From assembly GCA_937989795.1 (NCBI GenBank), contig CALKBB010000142.1:1-33838 (forward strand): DNA of 33,838 bases. The letters are read 5' to 3'. A model generated the notes under the pieces. That model was given only the letters and a program-made list of their open reading frames with translations, was not told the origin of the DNA and searched no databases. Positions 1 through 8,390 of the stretch are shown piece by piece. The first letter of the stretch is position 1, and each line of letters opens with the position of its first letter. Source of the DNA: an uncultured Collinsella sp. Its GTDB lineage: Bacteria > Actinomycetota > Coriobacteriia > Coriobacteriales > Coriobacteriaceae. Both the position numbers and the translations under genes were made by a program.

Positions 1-2
1 CG

Positions 3-401
3 CTGCGCTCCCTTTCCATCCAAACTGGTTCGTTTGAGGCTGCGGCTATTAGCCGCGGTATCGACAGCGGTCGTGCCGAGCGCCCGATTGCCCATGACCT
101 GTTGCTCGACACACTCGATGCCCTGGATGCAAAACTCGAGCGTATCGAGATCGTCCGTGCCGAGCCTCCCGTGTTCTACGCGACAGTCGTCGTTTTGGCC
201 GACGGCAGCGAGCATAGGATCGATGCGCGCCCGAGCGACGCCATCGCTCTCGCCGTGCGCAGCAATGCTCCCATGTTTGTGGAGGATGACATCATGAACC
301 GTCTGGGGACCGTATCTCCGGTTGCCGAGGAAGTCGATGACGAGCAGGAATTTGAGAAGTTCGACGAGTTCGTCCATACGCTCTCGCCCGATGATTTTTA
401 A
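3..401 (+). CDS. Bifunctional nuclease family (DUF151) protein, 5'-truncated by the window edge
   Basis: The frame is open from position 3: ...EAAAISRG..RPIAHDLL...VFYATVV...IDARPSDAIALAVRSNAPMFV. RP.xHDL and DARPSDA are DUF151 signatures. Confidence 0.88.
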   Translation: MRSLSIQTGSFEAAAISRGIDSGRAERPIAHDLLLDTLDALDAKLERIEIVRAEPPVFYATVVVLADGSEHRIDARPSDAIALAVRSNAPMFVEDDIMNRLGTVSPVAEEVDDEQEFEKFDEFVHTLSPDDF

Positions 402-791
402 ATGACGGGTCGCTATGAGACGGAGTGTACGCTGATGGAGCGTGGCGTCTCGGCCGAGGTCGCCGCCATTGCCCGCGAGGCCCAGATGCGCTCGGAGGCG
501 TCCGAGGCCGCACGCATCGCCTATGTGACGCAGGCCCGTACGCTTCGCGAGCGCCGTGCCTCCTTTATCAAGATGGTTGCCGTCTCCGCACTTGTCGCGG
601 CAATCTCATCGCGCCTTCGTGGTACAGTTGGTGCGCTTGGGTTTTCGATTTCGACGGGCTTGGTCATCTGGGGCGTGGTCGATGCCGTGATGCTGACTAA
701 CCAGATCAAGGTACTCGACAAGCGCGCGGCCGATATGATGCGCGCCCGCGACGCCGCCGCCAAGATCGCTGCCGAGGCACAAGAGATGTAA
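402..791 (+). CDS. Hypothetical membrane protein (two hydrophobic segments)
   Basis: The 129-aa ORF directly abuts the upstream stop (TAA ATG), has GC-rich third codon positions and two TM-like stretches. Confidence 0.7.
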   Translation: MTGRYETECTLMERGVSAEVAAIAREAQMRSEASEAARIAYVTQARTLRERRASFIKMVAVSALVAAISSRLRGTVGALGFSISTGLVIWGVVDAVMLTNQIKVLDKRAADMMRARDAAAKIAAEAQEM

Positions 792-821
792 CGACGCCGG
801 ACTCGATGGGAAGGTCTAAAG

Positions 822-1271
822 ATGGCACAGGATATGCAGGACGCCGGAAACGTCTCCGCCGAGCTCGACGCCATGGTGTGCGACCTCATCGGGGCATTTT
901 TAGACGACCTGGCCGCTGGTGAGAACCCCGGCGTTGTCGTTGCGATCGAAGACGCCGCGTCCAACCGCTATCTGGCGGCACTCGACGAGGACGGCGAAGA
1001 GGCATGCCTCGAGGCTGCCACCAACTTTATCTCCGAGCACAAGATGGGCCTTAAGGACGAGGGCCTGGGTCGCATCGCCCGTTACGCCATCGGCTACACC
1101 GGTTGTGTCGAAATTGATGGCGGCTACCATGACGCCCTGCTTGTGAGTTTCTTTGAGACGACGCTCGAGAGCGGCTTTTCGGCATATGTACTGTACGAGG
1201 GTGTGGGCGCCGGCGATGGTTTTATGTGGAGCGACCCTGAACCTGCAGGCGAGGAAACCCCTCTTATCTAA
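822..1271 (+). CDS. Hypothetical acidic protein
   Basis: 149-aa ORF with a GGAAGG RBS-like motif upstream and host-like codon usage. No recognisable motif. Confidence 0.7.
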   Translation: MAQDMQDAGNVSAELDAMVCDLIGAFLDDLAAGENPGVVVAIEDAASNRYLAALDEDGEEACLEAATNFISEHKMGLKDEGLGRIARYAIGYTGCVEIDGGYHDALLVSFFETTLESGFSAYVLYEGVGAGDGFMWSDPEPAGEETPLI

Positions 1272-1388
1272 AATCGCTAAAATAAACGAGTTTTCGGTAA
1301 AAGGCTCAAAATTCCCGCCGAGCGTTGTGTTACTGGGCGGGTCGCATACGCGTGCCGGTTGTATATAGATAGAAGATAGGGGAACTAC

Positions 1389-3227
1389 ATGCGCGTAGAC
1401 AATCTGAGGAACATCGCCATCATCGCTCACGTCGACCACGGCAAGACGACGATGGTCGACAAGCTCCTGCGTGCCACGGACGCCTTCCGTGCCAACCAGC
1501 AGGTCGAGGACCGCGTCCTGGATTCTAACGACCAGGAGCGCGAGCGCGGCATTACGATTCTCGCCAAGAACATCTCTATCGAGTACAAGGACGTTAAGAT
1601 CAACGTCATCGACACCCCGGGCCACGCTGACTTTGGCGGCGAGGTCGAGCGCGTGCTGCGTATGGCCGACGGCGCCCTGCTACTGGTCGATGCCTTTGAG
1701 GGCCCCATGCCCCAGACCCGCTTCGTGCTGCGTCACGCCATCGACACCGGCCTCAAGATCATGATCGTCATCAACAAGATCGACCGTCCGGGCGCCAACC
1801 CCGAGAAGGCCTACAACGACTGCCTGGACCTCATGGCCGACCTGGGCGCCACCGACGACCAGCTTGAGTTTGCCATGGAGCACGTGGTCTACGCCAGCGC
1901 CATGAATGGCTTTGCCCGCCTTGACCCCAACGACGGCAACATGGACATGTATCCGCTGCTCGATATGATCATCGACGACATGCCCGCGCCCGAGGTTGAC
2001 GAGAACGCCCCGCTGGCCATGCAGTGCGTGACCATCGACCACTCCAACTTCGTTGGCCGCATCGGTATCGGTCGCGTGTACTCCGGCACCATTCACCAGG
2101 GCGATCAGATCCTGGTCGTCAAGAACGACGGTTCCAGCGCCACCGCTACCGTCAAGCAGCTCTTTACTTTCGACTACCTGGGTCGCACCGAGTGCCAGGA
2201 AGTCGGCGCCGGTGATATCGCCGCCGTCGTGGGCATCGACCGCACCGATATCGGCGATGTCTACACCGATCCCGAGAACCCCGTTGAGCTCGAACCCATC
2301 GAGATCGACCCGCCGACCCTGTCCATCGTCTTTGAGGCTTCGACCTCCCCGCTCGTCGGCCGCGACGGCGACATCGTGGGTGCCCGTCAGCTCAAGGAGC
2401 GCCTGTTCAACGAGGCCGAGAACAACGTGACCATGAAGATCGAGGAGCTCGAGGACAAGAGCGGCGTCGAGGTCTCGGGCCGCGGCATTCTGCACCTGTC
2501 CGTCCTGATGGAGTCCATGCGTCGCGAGGGCTTTGAGTTCCAGGTCGGCCGTCCCCGCGTTCTGTTTAAGAAGGACGAGAACGGCAACAAGATGGAGCCC
2601 GTCGAGCAGGCCGTCGTCGAGTGCCCGGACGAGTACTCGGGCAAGGTCGTTGAGGTCTTCGGCACCTCCGGCGGCATCATGACGAGCATGGATACCTCGG
2701 GTATCGTGACGCACCTCGAGTTTAAGATCCCGACCCGCGGCATCATGGGTCTTAAGAACCGCATCATGAACGTCACTCACGGCGAGGGCGTGTTCTACCA
2801 CACCTTCCTGGAGTACGGCCCCTATGCCGGCGAGATCGGCAACCGCCAGAACGGCGCCATGATCTCCATGACCACCGAGAAAGCCGTTGCCTACGCTCTG
2901 GGCACGCTGCAGGAGCGCGGCCAGCTGTTCGTTGAGCCGGGCACCGAGTGCTACGAGGGCATGATCGTGGGCGAGCGCAGCAAGGCAGGCGACATGGTCG
3001 TCAACATCGCCCGTACCAAGAACCTGGGCAACCAGCGCTCCTCGACCTCCGATATCTCCGTCCAGCTGGTGCCGCCCCGCACCTTCTCGCTGGAGGAGGC
3101 GCTGGAGTACATCGCCGACGACGAGCTGGTGGAGATTACTCCCAAGAACATCCGCCTGCGTAAGCGTCTGCTCAATGCCACCGACCGCAAGAAGGCCGCC
3201 GTTCGCGCCGGTCAGGTCAACAAATAA
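1389..3227 (+). CDS. typA: Translational GTPase TypA/BipA
   Basis: [80 protein letters not shown]. Confidence 0.98.
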   Translation: MRVDNLRNIAIIAHVDHGKTTMVDKLLRATDAFRANQQVEDRVLDSNDQERERGITILAKNISIEYKDVKINVIDTPGHADFGGEVERVLRMADGALLLVDAFEGPMPQTRFVLRHAIDTGLKIMIVINKIDRPGANPEKAYNDCLDLMADLGATDDQLEFAMEHVVYASAMNGFARLDPNDGNMDMYPLLDMIIDDMPAPEVDENAPLAMQCVTIDHSNFVGRIGIGRVYSGTIHQGDQILVVKNDGSSATATVKQLFTFDYLGRTECQEVGAGDIAAVVGIDRTDIGDVYTDPENPVELEPIEIDPPTLSIVFEASTSPLVGRDGDIVGARQLKERLFNEAENNVTMKIEELEDKSGVEVSGRGILHLSVLMESMRREGFEFQVGRPRVLFKKDENGNKMEPVEQAVVECPDEYSGKVVEVFGTSGGIMTSMDTSGIVTHLEFKIPTRGIMGLKNRIMNVTHGEGVFYHTFLEYGPYAGEIGNRQNGAMISMTTEKAVAYALGTLQERGQLFVEPGTECYEGMIVGERSKAGDMVVNIARTKNLGNQRSSTSDISVQLVPPRTFSLEEALEYIADDELVEITPKNIRLRKRLLNATDRKKAAVRAGQVNK

Positions 3228-3254
3228 GCGCTGGGGCTTATAACCGCCAATAAG

Positions 3255-3289
3255 AAAGGGCGTCGACCGCAATGGTCGGCGCCCTTTTT
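3255..3289. terminator. Intrinsic terminator after typA, possibly bidirectional
   Basis: AAAGGGCGTCGACC-gcaat-GGTCGGCGCCCTTT followed by TT, between convergent genes. Confidence 0.8.
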
Positions 3290-3371
3290 GGTGCAATGGG
3301 GTCAGGTTGCTTTGCGCCACCACAAATGTGCCTGGCCCTTTTGTGGCAGTTGCTTTTGTGGGGGTTGACGG

Positions 3372-4517
3372 CTAGGCGGAGGGAAGGCTTGGAGTGTTTG
3401 TGGCCTGCTGCGGCTTGAGGCGGGCGTTGCGCCAGATGATCTGGATGACGTGGCCGAGCGTAAAGACGAAGGCTACGCCGCTGACAAAGCTGCCCATAAG
3501 GGGAAGTGCCGTGAGTGCGCCCGCGGCGATACCGCCCACGGCGGCCATGGCGTAGCGGTTCTGGTTGTGTCCGACCATGCGTGCGATCGCGGTGCCCGTA
3601 AATGCCTCCGAGACCAGAGCGATGCCGATCACGGCGCACATGAGAGCTCCGGCGAGCGACAGACCTGCAATCGAGATGATGAGCAACAGGACGGCGGGAA
3701 CGGCGGCCACCGTGCCCAAAAGACCGCTCATCCACAGAGGGGTAGGTCGTTGACGAAGCATGCCGGCGGCGCTGGCGGTCGCGCGCGGAAGGACGAGCTC
3801 GAGGAGGATTGCGACAAAGCAGGTAGAAAGCGCCGCGGCGACGATGCCGCCGATGGTGTCGTTAATCGTTGAGGTGTCCTCGTTCTCGGTGCGGTCGATC
3901 TTGAGGGAGCCGACCTGAGCGCCCTTGGCCCGCTCGGGGTCCTCGGAGATATGGGCGTTCACCGAGCCGGTGATGTGAGCGTTTTTGCCCAGGATGAGCT
4001 TGTCGGCCCAGACTTCGACATCACCATCGACGGTGCCGTCGATGGTTACCGTGCTGCCCGCGAGCGCTGCCGACTTGGCGGAGCCGCGCAGGGCAACCGT
4101 CTCACCCATCGCGTAAAAACAGTTGGCGGTGCTACCGGTGTTGAGCACGACATGCTGACCGGCTACCGTCACGCTGCCATCGATTGCGGTTTTGGAGATA
4201 TCGATGGTGCGCGCCGCCAGGCGAACGGCTCCGCCAACGGTGCAGTCGCGAATCGATAGGCTGTCGCCCGCCGCGATAATATCGCGGTCGATGGAGGCAT
4301 CGTCCAGGTTAAGGTTTTGGCCGGCCCAGTACAGGTCGCCCTCGGCGCCAGACGGATTTGAGTCAGCTTCGGTTGCGAGTACGTTGCCCGCGGTGTCTGT
4401 GCCGGCGAACGACGCCGTGGGAAGTACGGTCAGCGCAAGCGCAATCAGTGCGAATAGGAGGACGATGCGGGCCTGCGCTTTACGGCGCTGGGTCGACGGT
4501 GCAAGGTTGTAAGGCAT
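3372..4517 (-). CDS. Membrane protein with signal peptide, a bactofilin-like (polymer-forming) beta-helical repeat region and C-terminal TM helices
   Basis: ATG at 4517 follows an AAGGA RBS. N-terminal signal-like segment (..TASFA), repeated motifs GDLYWAG/RDIIAAG/GSVTVAG/GTVDGDVEV, and 4-5 C-terminal hydrophobic helices. Confidence 0.75.
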   Translation of the reverse strand: MPYNLAPSTQRRKAQARIVLLFALIALALTVLPTASFAGTDTAGNVLATEADSNPSGAEGDLYWAGQNLNLDDASIDRDIIAAGDSLSIRDCTVGGAVRLAARTIDISKTAIDGSVTVAGQHVVLNTGSTANCFYAMGETVALRGSAKSAALAGSTVTIDGTVDGDVEVWADKLILGKNAHITGSVNAHISEDPERAKGAQVGSLKIDRTENEDTSTINDTIGGIVAAALSTCFVAILLELVLPRATASAAGMLRQRPTPLWMSGLLGTVAAVPAVLLLIISIAGLSLAGALMCAVIGIALVSEAFTGTAIARMVGHNQNRYAMAAVGGIAAGALTALPLMGSFVSGVAFVFTLGHVIQIIWRNARLKPQQATNTPSLPSA

Positions 4518-4623
4518 AGTGAATCCTTCGTTAGATACTCGACATGTATCTAACAGGGTACCCAACGCGTGGGCGCTCTAAAAGAACCTCTCGGTTGCAT
4601 TTCGAGGGGTTGTGTCGTGCTGC

Positions 4624-5313
4624 CTACTTTTTACGGTGCAAAAAGCGCGCGATGTCTTCTTCGGTGGGGCTTTTGATGTCAAAGCGCAGCGAGAGCCAGC
4701 GCAGACCCATGGTCACGACAACGCATACGACCAGCGCGGCGACATTGCTCATGATGCCACCCATGACGAGGCTTACATAGCTTGCCGACCCAGCGATGGC
4801 GGCGATGGCATAAAAGTTAGTACGTTGGAAAATGCCCGGAACCACGCCCATAAAACCGTCGCGCAGCATGCCACCGCCCACGGCGGTGAAGAAGCCCATC
4901 ATGACGCATACGGCGGGTGCAAATCCGTAGACCAGTGCTTTGTCCGCGCCGGTTGCCGCATAGATGCCGACCGAGATGATATCGAGGAGGGGAATGAGTT
5001 TGTCGGGTTTGTCGACAATTGCGGGGAAGATATAGATGATGGCCGCCGTGGCGATGGAGAGCGGCAGCGCCATTGGCTGGTTGAGTATGTAGACGTTGCC
5101 CACTTGCAGCGTCATATCGCGCAAAAGACCGCCGCCCAGACCGCAGACCACCGCGAGCGCGACCGCGCCCACCAGGTCAAGCTTATGCTCGCGCGCAACC
5201 AGCACGCCCGAGATCGATGCAGTGACAACGGCGAACATCTCGAGCCAAAATGGGATAGCGACCATGGCATCCGAGGCATGTGAGGTAACGGTTACAGCGG
5301 CGACGACGGGCAA
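4624..5313 (-). CDS. UPF0126/YadS-like trimeric intracellular cation channel family membrane protein
   Basis: Duplicated motifs GLGGGLLRD and TAVGGGMLRD. Probable TTG start at 5313 after AAAGGA; the start is uncertain. Confidence 0.88.
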   Translation of the reverse strand: MPVVAAVTVTSHASDAMVAIPFWLEMFAVVTASISGVLVAREHKLDLVGAVALAVVCGLGGGLLRDMTLQVGNVYILNQPMALPLSIATAAIIYIFPAIVDKPDKLIPLLDIISVGIYAATGADKALVYGFAPAVCVMMGFFTAVGGGMLRDGFMGVVPGIFQRTNFYAIAAIAGSASYVSLVMGGIMSNVAALVVCVVVTMGLRWLSLRFDIKSPTEEDIARFLHRKK

Positions 5314-5429
5314 GATGGGGTCCTTTGGGTTGCGGGTTTGGACAATGCCCGTACATAGTACATGTTCGGCGCCGATTGCGACCCTATTGCTCGGCAAACG
5401 GTCGGGACTGGGTACGGTCATAGGTCCCA

Positions 5430-5492
5430 AACATGTACATCAGCCTCCAAAAACGACAAATATTGACATCTTTGGAGGATGATGTACACGTT
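5430..5492. repeat. 22-bp inverted repeat (20/22 match) with 19-bp spacer
   Basis: AACATGTACATCAGCCTCCAAA ... TTTGGAGGATGATGTACACGTT. Confidence 0.8.
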
Positions 5493-5530
5493 CTAGATTT
5501 GGGGCTGGGATCGAAGGCGATGGGGGCGCG

Positions 5531-5741
5531 GGCTGAATAGGAGGGATGTCCAAATTTTGAGCGGAGCTCAAAATTTATCCGGTCGGCTTACGCCGACCGC
5601 GCTGCGCTAAAAACGCGCCACTGGCGCGTTTTCTTAACGCTCCGCGCCCTGCGGGTTCGAATCCCTCCTCCTCCGCCGTATTTGCTTGTAAGGGACTCAA
5701 AACAAAAAAGCTCCCATTGCTGGAAGCTTTCTCAACCAAAA
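5531..5741. repeat. tRNA-linked palindromic element (putative miniature non-autonomous element)
   Basis: Contains a perfect 25-bp inverted copy of the tRNA-Ser(CGA) 3' end (5653-5677), a 14/17 direct copy (5531-5547) and three internal hairpins. Confidence 0.7.
5704..5730 (-). terminator. Intrinsic terminator downstream of tRNA-Ser(CGA)
   Basis: Minus strand AAAGCTTCCA-gcaa-TGGGAGCTTTTTT. Confidence 0.7.
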
Positions 5742-5832
5742 TGGCGGAGGAGGAGGGATTCGAACCCTCGTGACCTTATACAGGCCAAACGGTTTTCGAG
5801 ACCGCCGCATTCAACCACTCTGCCACCCCTCC
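5742..5832 (-). tRNA. tRNA-Ser(CGA)
   Basis: Minus strand GGAGGGGTGGCAGAGTGGTTGAATGCGGCGGT-CT-CGA-AA-ACCGT, long variable arm, then GAGGGTTCGAATCCCTCCTCCTCCGCCA. Confidence 0.96.
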
Positions 5833-5841
5833 GCGTGGGGT

Positions 5842-5872
5842 AAAAACAAAGCAGGCTCTAAGGCCTGCTTTG
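5842..5872 (-). terminator. Terminator-like hairpin between the two tRNA-Ser genes
   Basis: Minus strand CAAAGCAGGC-cttaga-GCCTGCTTTG followed by TTTTT. Confidence 0.55.
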
Positions 5873-5880
5873 GAATTAAC

Positions 5881-5971
5881 TGGCGGAGAGTCAGGGATTT
5901 GAACCCTGGAGACGCTTTTGACGCCTACACGATTTCCAATCGTGCTCCTTCGGCCACTCGGACAACTCTCC
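5881..5971 (-). tRNA. tRNA-Ser(GGA)
   Basis: Minus strand GGAGAGTTGTCCGAGTGGCCGAAGGAGCACGA-TT-GGA-AA-TCGTG...CAGGGTTCAAATCCCTGACTCTCCGCCA. Confidence 0.96.
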
Positions 5972-5987
5972 GTTAAATGCGAAAGTC

Positions 5988-6015
5988 AGTATACACGAGG
6001 AATCGAAAAGTGCAA
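5988..6015 (-). promoter_or_regulatory. Sigma70-type promoter for the tRNA-Ser pair
   Basis: Minus strand TTGCAC-16 bp-TATACT just upstream of tRNA-Ser(GGA). Confidence 0.7.
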
Positions 6016-6377
6016 ACAGAAAACTTGGCATTTTTTAAACCGCTTGCTCCGCGCCCGTATCCGGCATGTGCAAGATAAGTACTAAAAAAGCATCCTGACC
6101 AGCCAGATCACGCTCGATAACCTGTTCAAAATAGGTATTCATGAATGACGTGGCAGTGAATTTAAAAATTTTGAGGCAATCGATCGAACCGGTGGCATGC
6201 ATTTTGCGACCACAACCCTGCAATCGACGACCTGCGGTTTGGCTCAGGTTGTCCTCGCCGCGGCGTATCTTGCTATCGAATCCGTCAAGCTCTTGGTCAG
6301 CATTTGGTTGGAATACGCGTGAAGTGCCGTGTAAGCATGGACATATGTGGAGGTCATGAGGTTGTAGCTGCATATTC

Positions 6378-6406
6378 TTGCAGCCTGGGAGGTTGAAAGA
6401 TATTAT
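6378..6406 (+). promoter_or_regulatory. Sigma70-type promoter for the rpsF operon
   Basis: TTGCAG-17 bp-TATTAT about 70 bp upstream of rpsF. Confidence 0.6.
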
Positions 6407-6418
6407 TACTAAGTCTTT

Positions 6419-6471
6419 TCCTGCTTCAGGCGCACCTTCACGACCTGAAGCCACATTTGCCCAGAGGAGGT
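6419..6471 (+). promoter_or_regulatory. Probable S6:S18 ribosomal protein autoregulatory leader
   Basis: CCT-GCTTCAGG...CCTGAAGC-CA hairpin followed by a GAGGAGG RBS. The position and CCR-flanked hairpin fit the known S6:S18 leader. Confidence 0.55.
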
Positions 6472-6477
6472 GACAAT

Positions 6478-6771
6478 ATGAAGGCTTATGAACTGCTGTT
6501 CTTTGTTGACCCGTCGCTCGACCCCGAGACTCGTCTCGCTGTTATGAAGCGTATCGATACCACGATCGCTGAGGGCGCTGGCAAGGTCGACTCCGTTGAC
6601 GAGTGGGGCAAGCGCAAGCTCGCCTACGAGATCAACGACCTCACCGATGGTGACTACACCCTCATCAACTTCCACGCAGATCCTACCCAGATCGCCGAGC
6701 TTGATCGCGTCCTGCGCATCACCGACGCTGTGGTCCGCCACATGATCGTCCGTCGCGACGACCAGGAGTAA
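6478..6771 (+). CDS. rpsF: 30S ribosomal protein S6
   Basis: MKAYELLFFVDP...WGKRKLAYEI...ELDRVLRITDAVVRHMIV, with a GGAGG RBS. Confidence 0.98.
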   Translation: MKAYELLFFVDPSLDPETRLAVMKRIDTTIAEGAGKVDSVDEWGKRKLAYEINDLTDGDYTLINFHADPTQIAELDRVLRITDAVVRHMIVRRDDQE

Positions 6772-6819
6772 GACTGTCGTTTTGGACTGGGCTTGTGCCC
6801 CAAGAGGAAGTAGTGAGTT

Positions 6820-7272
6820 ATGAGCATCAATCGAGTGAACATCACCGGTAACCTCACCCGCGATCCCGAGCTGCGCGCCACCGCCGGCGGAACCCAGGTT
6901 CTGTCCTTTGGCGTCGCCGTGAACGATCGTCGCCGCAACGCGCAGACTGGCGAGTGGGAGGACTATCCCAACTTTGTCGACTGCACCATGTTCGGCACCC
7001 GCGCCGAGGCCGTGAGCCGTTTCCTGGCAAAGGGAAACAAGGTCGCGATCGAGGGCAAGCTGCGCTACAGCTCTTGGGAGCGCGACGGTCAGCGCAGGAG
7101 CAAGCTTGAGGTCATCGTCGATGAGATCGAGTTTATGAGCTCCCGTGGTGGCCAGGGTGGCTACGATCAGGGCGGTTACGCCCCCGCAGCTCCCGCGCCC
7201 GCAGCACGTCCTGCCGCACCGGTGGCTACGCCGCCTGCGGTCGACGTCTACGATGAGGACATCCCGTTCTAA
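6820..7272 (+). CDS. ssb: Single-stranded DNA-binding protein
   Basis: INRVNITGNLTRDPELR and C-terminal DEDIPF. Confidence 0.98.
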   Translation: MSINRVNITGNLTRDPELRATAGGTQVLSFGVAVNDRRRNAQTGEWEDYPNFVDCTMFGTRAEAVSRFLAKGNKVAIEGKLRYSSWERDGQRRSKLEVIVDEIEFMSSRGGQGGYDQGGYAPAAPAPAARPAAPVATPPAVDVYDEDIPF

Positions 7273-7344
7273 GGGTTGTTCACCTATTTTTGAGTGAGAG
7301 GCGGCTTCGGTTCGCCGAAGTTGCCAAATGAAAGGTATTTTGAC

Positions 7345-7611
7345 ATGGCTAATGATTTTTCTGCACGTCAGCCGCGTCGTAAGTACTGCCAGTTCTGCAA
7401 GGAGAACACTGAGTTCATCGACTATAAGGACACTCAGCTTCTCCGTAAGTACATGACCGACCGTGGCAAGATCAAGCCCCGTCGTGTCACTGGCGCTTGC
7501 ACGCAGCATCAGCATGACATCGCCAACGCCATCAAGCGCGCCCGCGAGATGGCTCTCCTGCCGTACACCGTCCCCGTGGTTTCCTCTCGTGGTAACCGCG
7601 ACCGCGGCTAA
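7345..7611 (+). CDS. rpsR: 30S ribosomal protein S18 (zinc-binding, Cys-containing form)
   Basis: RRKYCQFC...IDYKD...[17 protein letters not shown]...[16 protein letters not shown] at 7345 after AAAGG. Confidence 0.97.
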   Translation: MANDFSARQPRRKYCQFCKENTEFIDYKDTQLLRKYMTDRGKIKPRRVTGACTQHQHDIANAIKRAREMALLPYTVPVVSSRGNRDRG

Positions 7612-7626
7612 GAAGGGAGACGCATC

Positions 7627-8166
7627 ATGAAGGTTATTCTTCTCGATGAGATCAAGGGCAAGGGCGGCGAGGGTGACGTCGTAGAGGTCGCTCAGGGTTA
7701 CGCTGAGAACTTCCTGTTCCCCAAGAAGCTCGCTGTTGCCGCCACCAAGGGCAACCTCAAGCAGCTCGACGAGCGTCGCAACAACATCGCCAAGCGCGAG
7801 GCCGTCCGTCTGGCTACCGCCAACGAGACCAAGGCTGCCTTCGAGGGCAAGCAGGTCACCGTTGACGTCAAGGTTGGCGACGAGGGCATCCTCTTTGGCT
7901 CCGTTACCGCCGCTATGATCGCTGATGCCATCAAGGCTCAGCTCGGTATGGACATCGACCGCAAGCGCGTCGAGCTCGGTAAGCCCATCAAGGTTGCCGG
8001 TGCCCACACCGTTGCTATCTCGCTGTACCGCGAGATCAAGGCCGAGGTTGTCGTTCTCGTCGGCGTTACCGCCGAGGAGCTCGCTGCCGATGCTGAGGTT
8101 GAGGAGACCGCTGAGGTCGCCGAGACCGAGACCGCCGAGGTCGAGACCGAGGCTGCTGCCGAGTAG
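7627..8166 (+). CDS. rplI: 50S ribosomal protein L9 with acidic C-terminal tail
   Basis: MKVILL...GDVVEVAQGYAENFLFPKKLA...LFGSVT. Confidence 0.97.
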   Translation: MKVILLDEIKGKGGEGDVVEVAQGYAENFLFPKKLAVAATKGNLKQLDERRNNIAKREAVRLATANETKAAFEGKQVTVDVKVGDEGILFGSVTAAMIADAIKAQLGMDIDRKRVELGKPIKVAGAHTVAISLYREIKAEVVVLVGVTAEELAADAEVEETAEVAETETAEVETEAAAE

Positions 8167-8198
8167 CATTTGCTGCAACGCAACAATCTTGTTCTAAG

Positions 8199-8237
8199 AA
8201 GGGCGCTCTGGGAGACCAGGGCGCCCTTTTATTTTTT
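8199..8237 (+). terminator. Intrinsic terminator after rplI
   Basis: AAGGGCGCTCTGG-gaga-CCAGGGCGCCCTT followed by TTATTTTTT. Confidence 0.85.
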
Positions 8238-8390
8238 GCGCCGGGTGAGTGTCGTGGCAGTCATTGAGATGCGGTCCCGTGTATGGGACCGTTCATCCGT
8301 TTGGTTCGGTGATGATTGGCCGCGTGCGGCGTGTTTTGGGACCGTGGCTGATACTATGGATGCTCGCAAGCGATATGAATGAGGATGCCC

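Noticed and set aside
5653..5677. A third tRNA on the plus strand
   Set aside because: Only the T-arm and acceptor 3' strand are present; there is no D-arm, anticodon arm or matching 5' acceptor strand.
5400..6000. Prophage or integrase island at the tRNA-Ser genes
   Set aside because: No integrase or phage genes are present, only a ~210-bp non-coding element (reported as a finding).
6035..6454. 139-aa minus-strand ORF between the tRNAs and rpsF
   Set aside because: It overlaps the rpsF promoter and leader, has atypical codon usage and resembles no family I recognise.
8070..8163. GAGACC/GCCGAG short tandem repeats at the end of rplI
   Set aside because: They are explained by the Glu/Ala/Thr-rich tail of L9 and are not an array.
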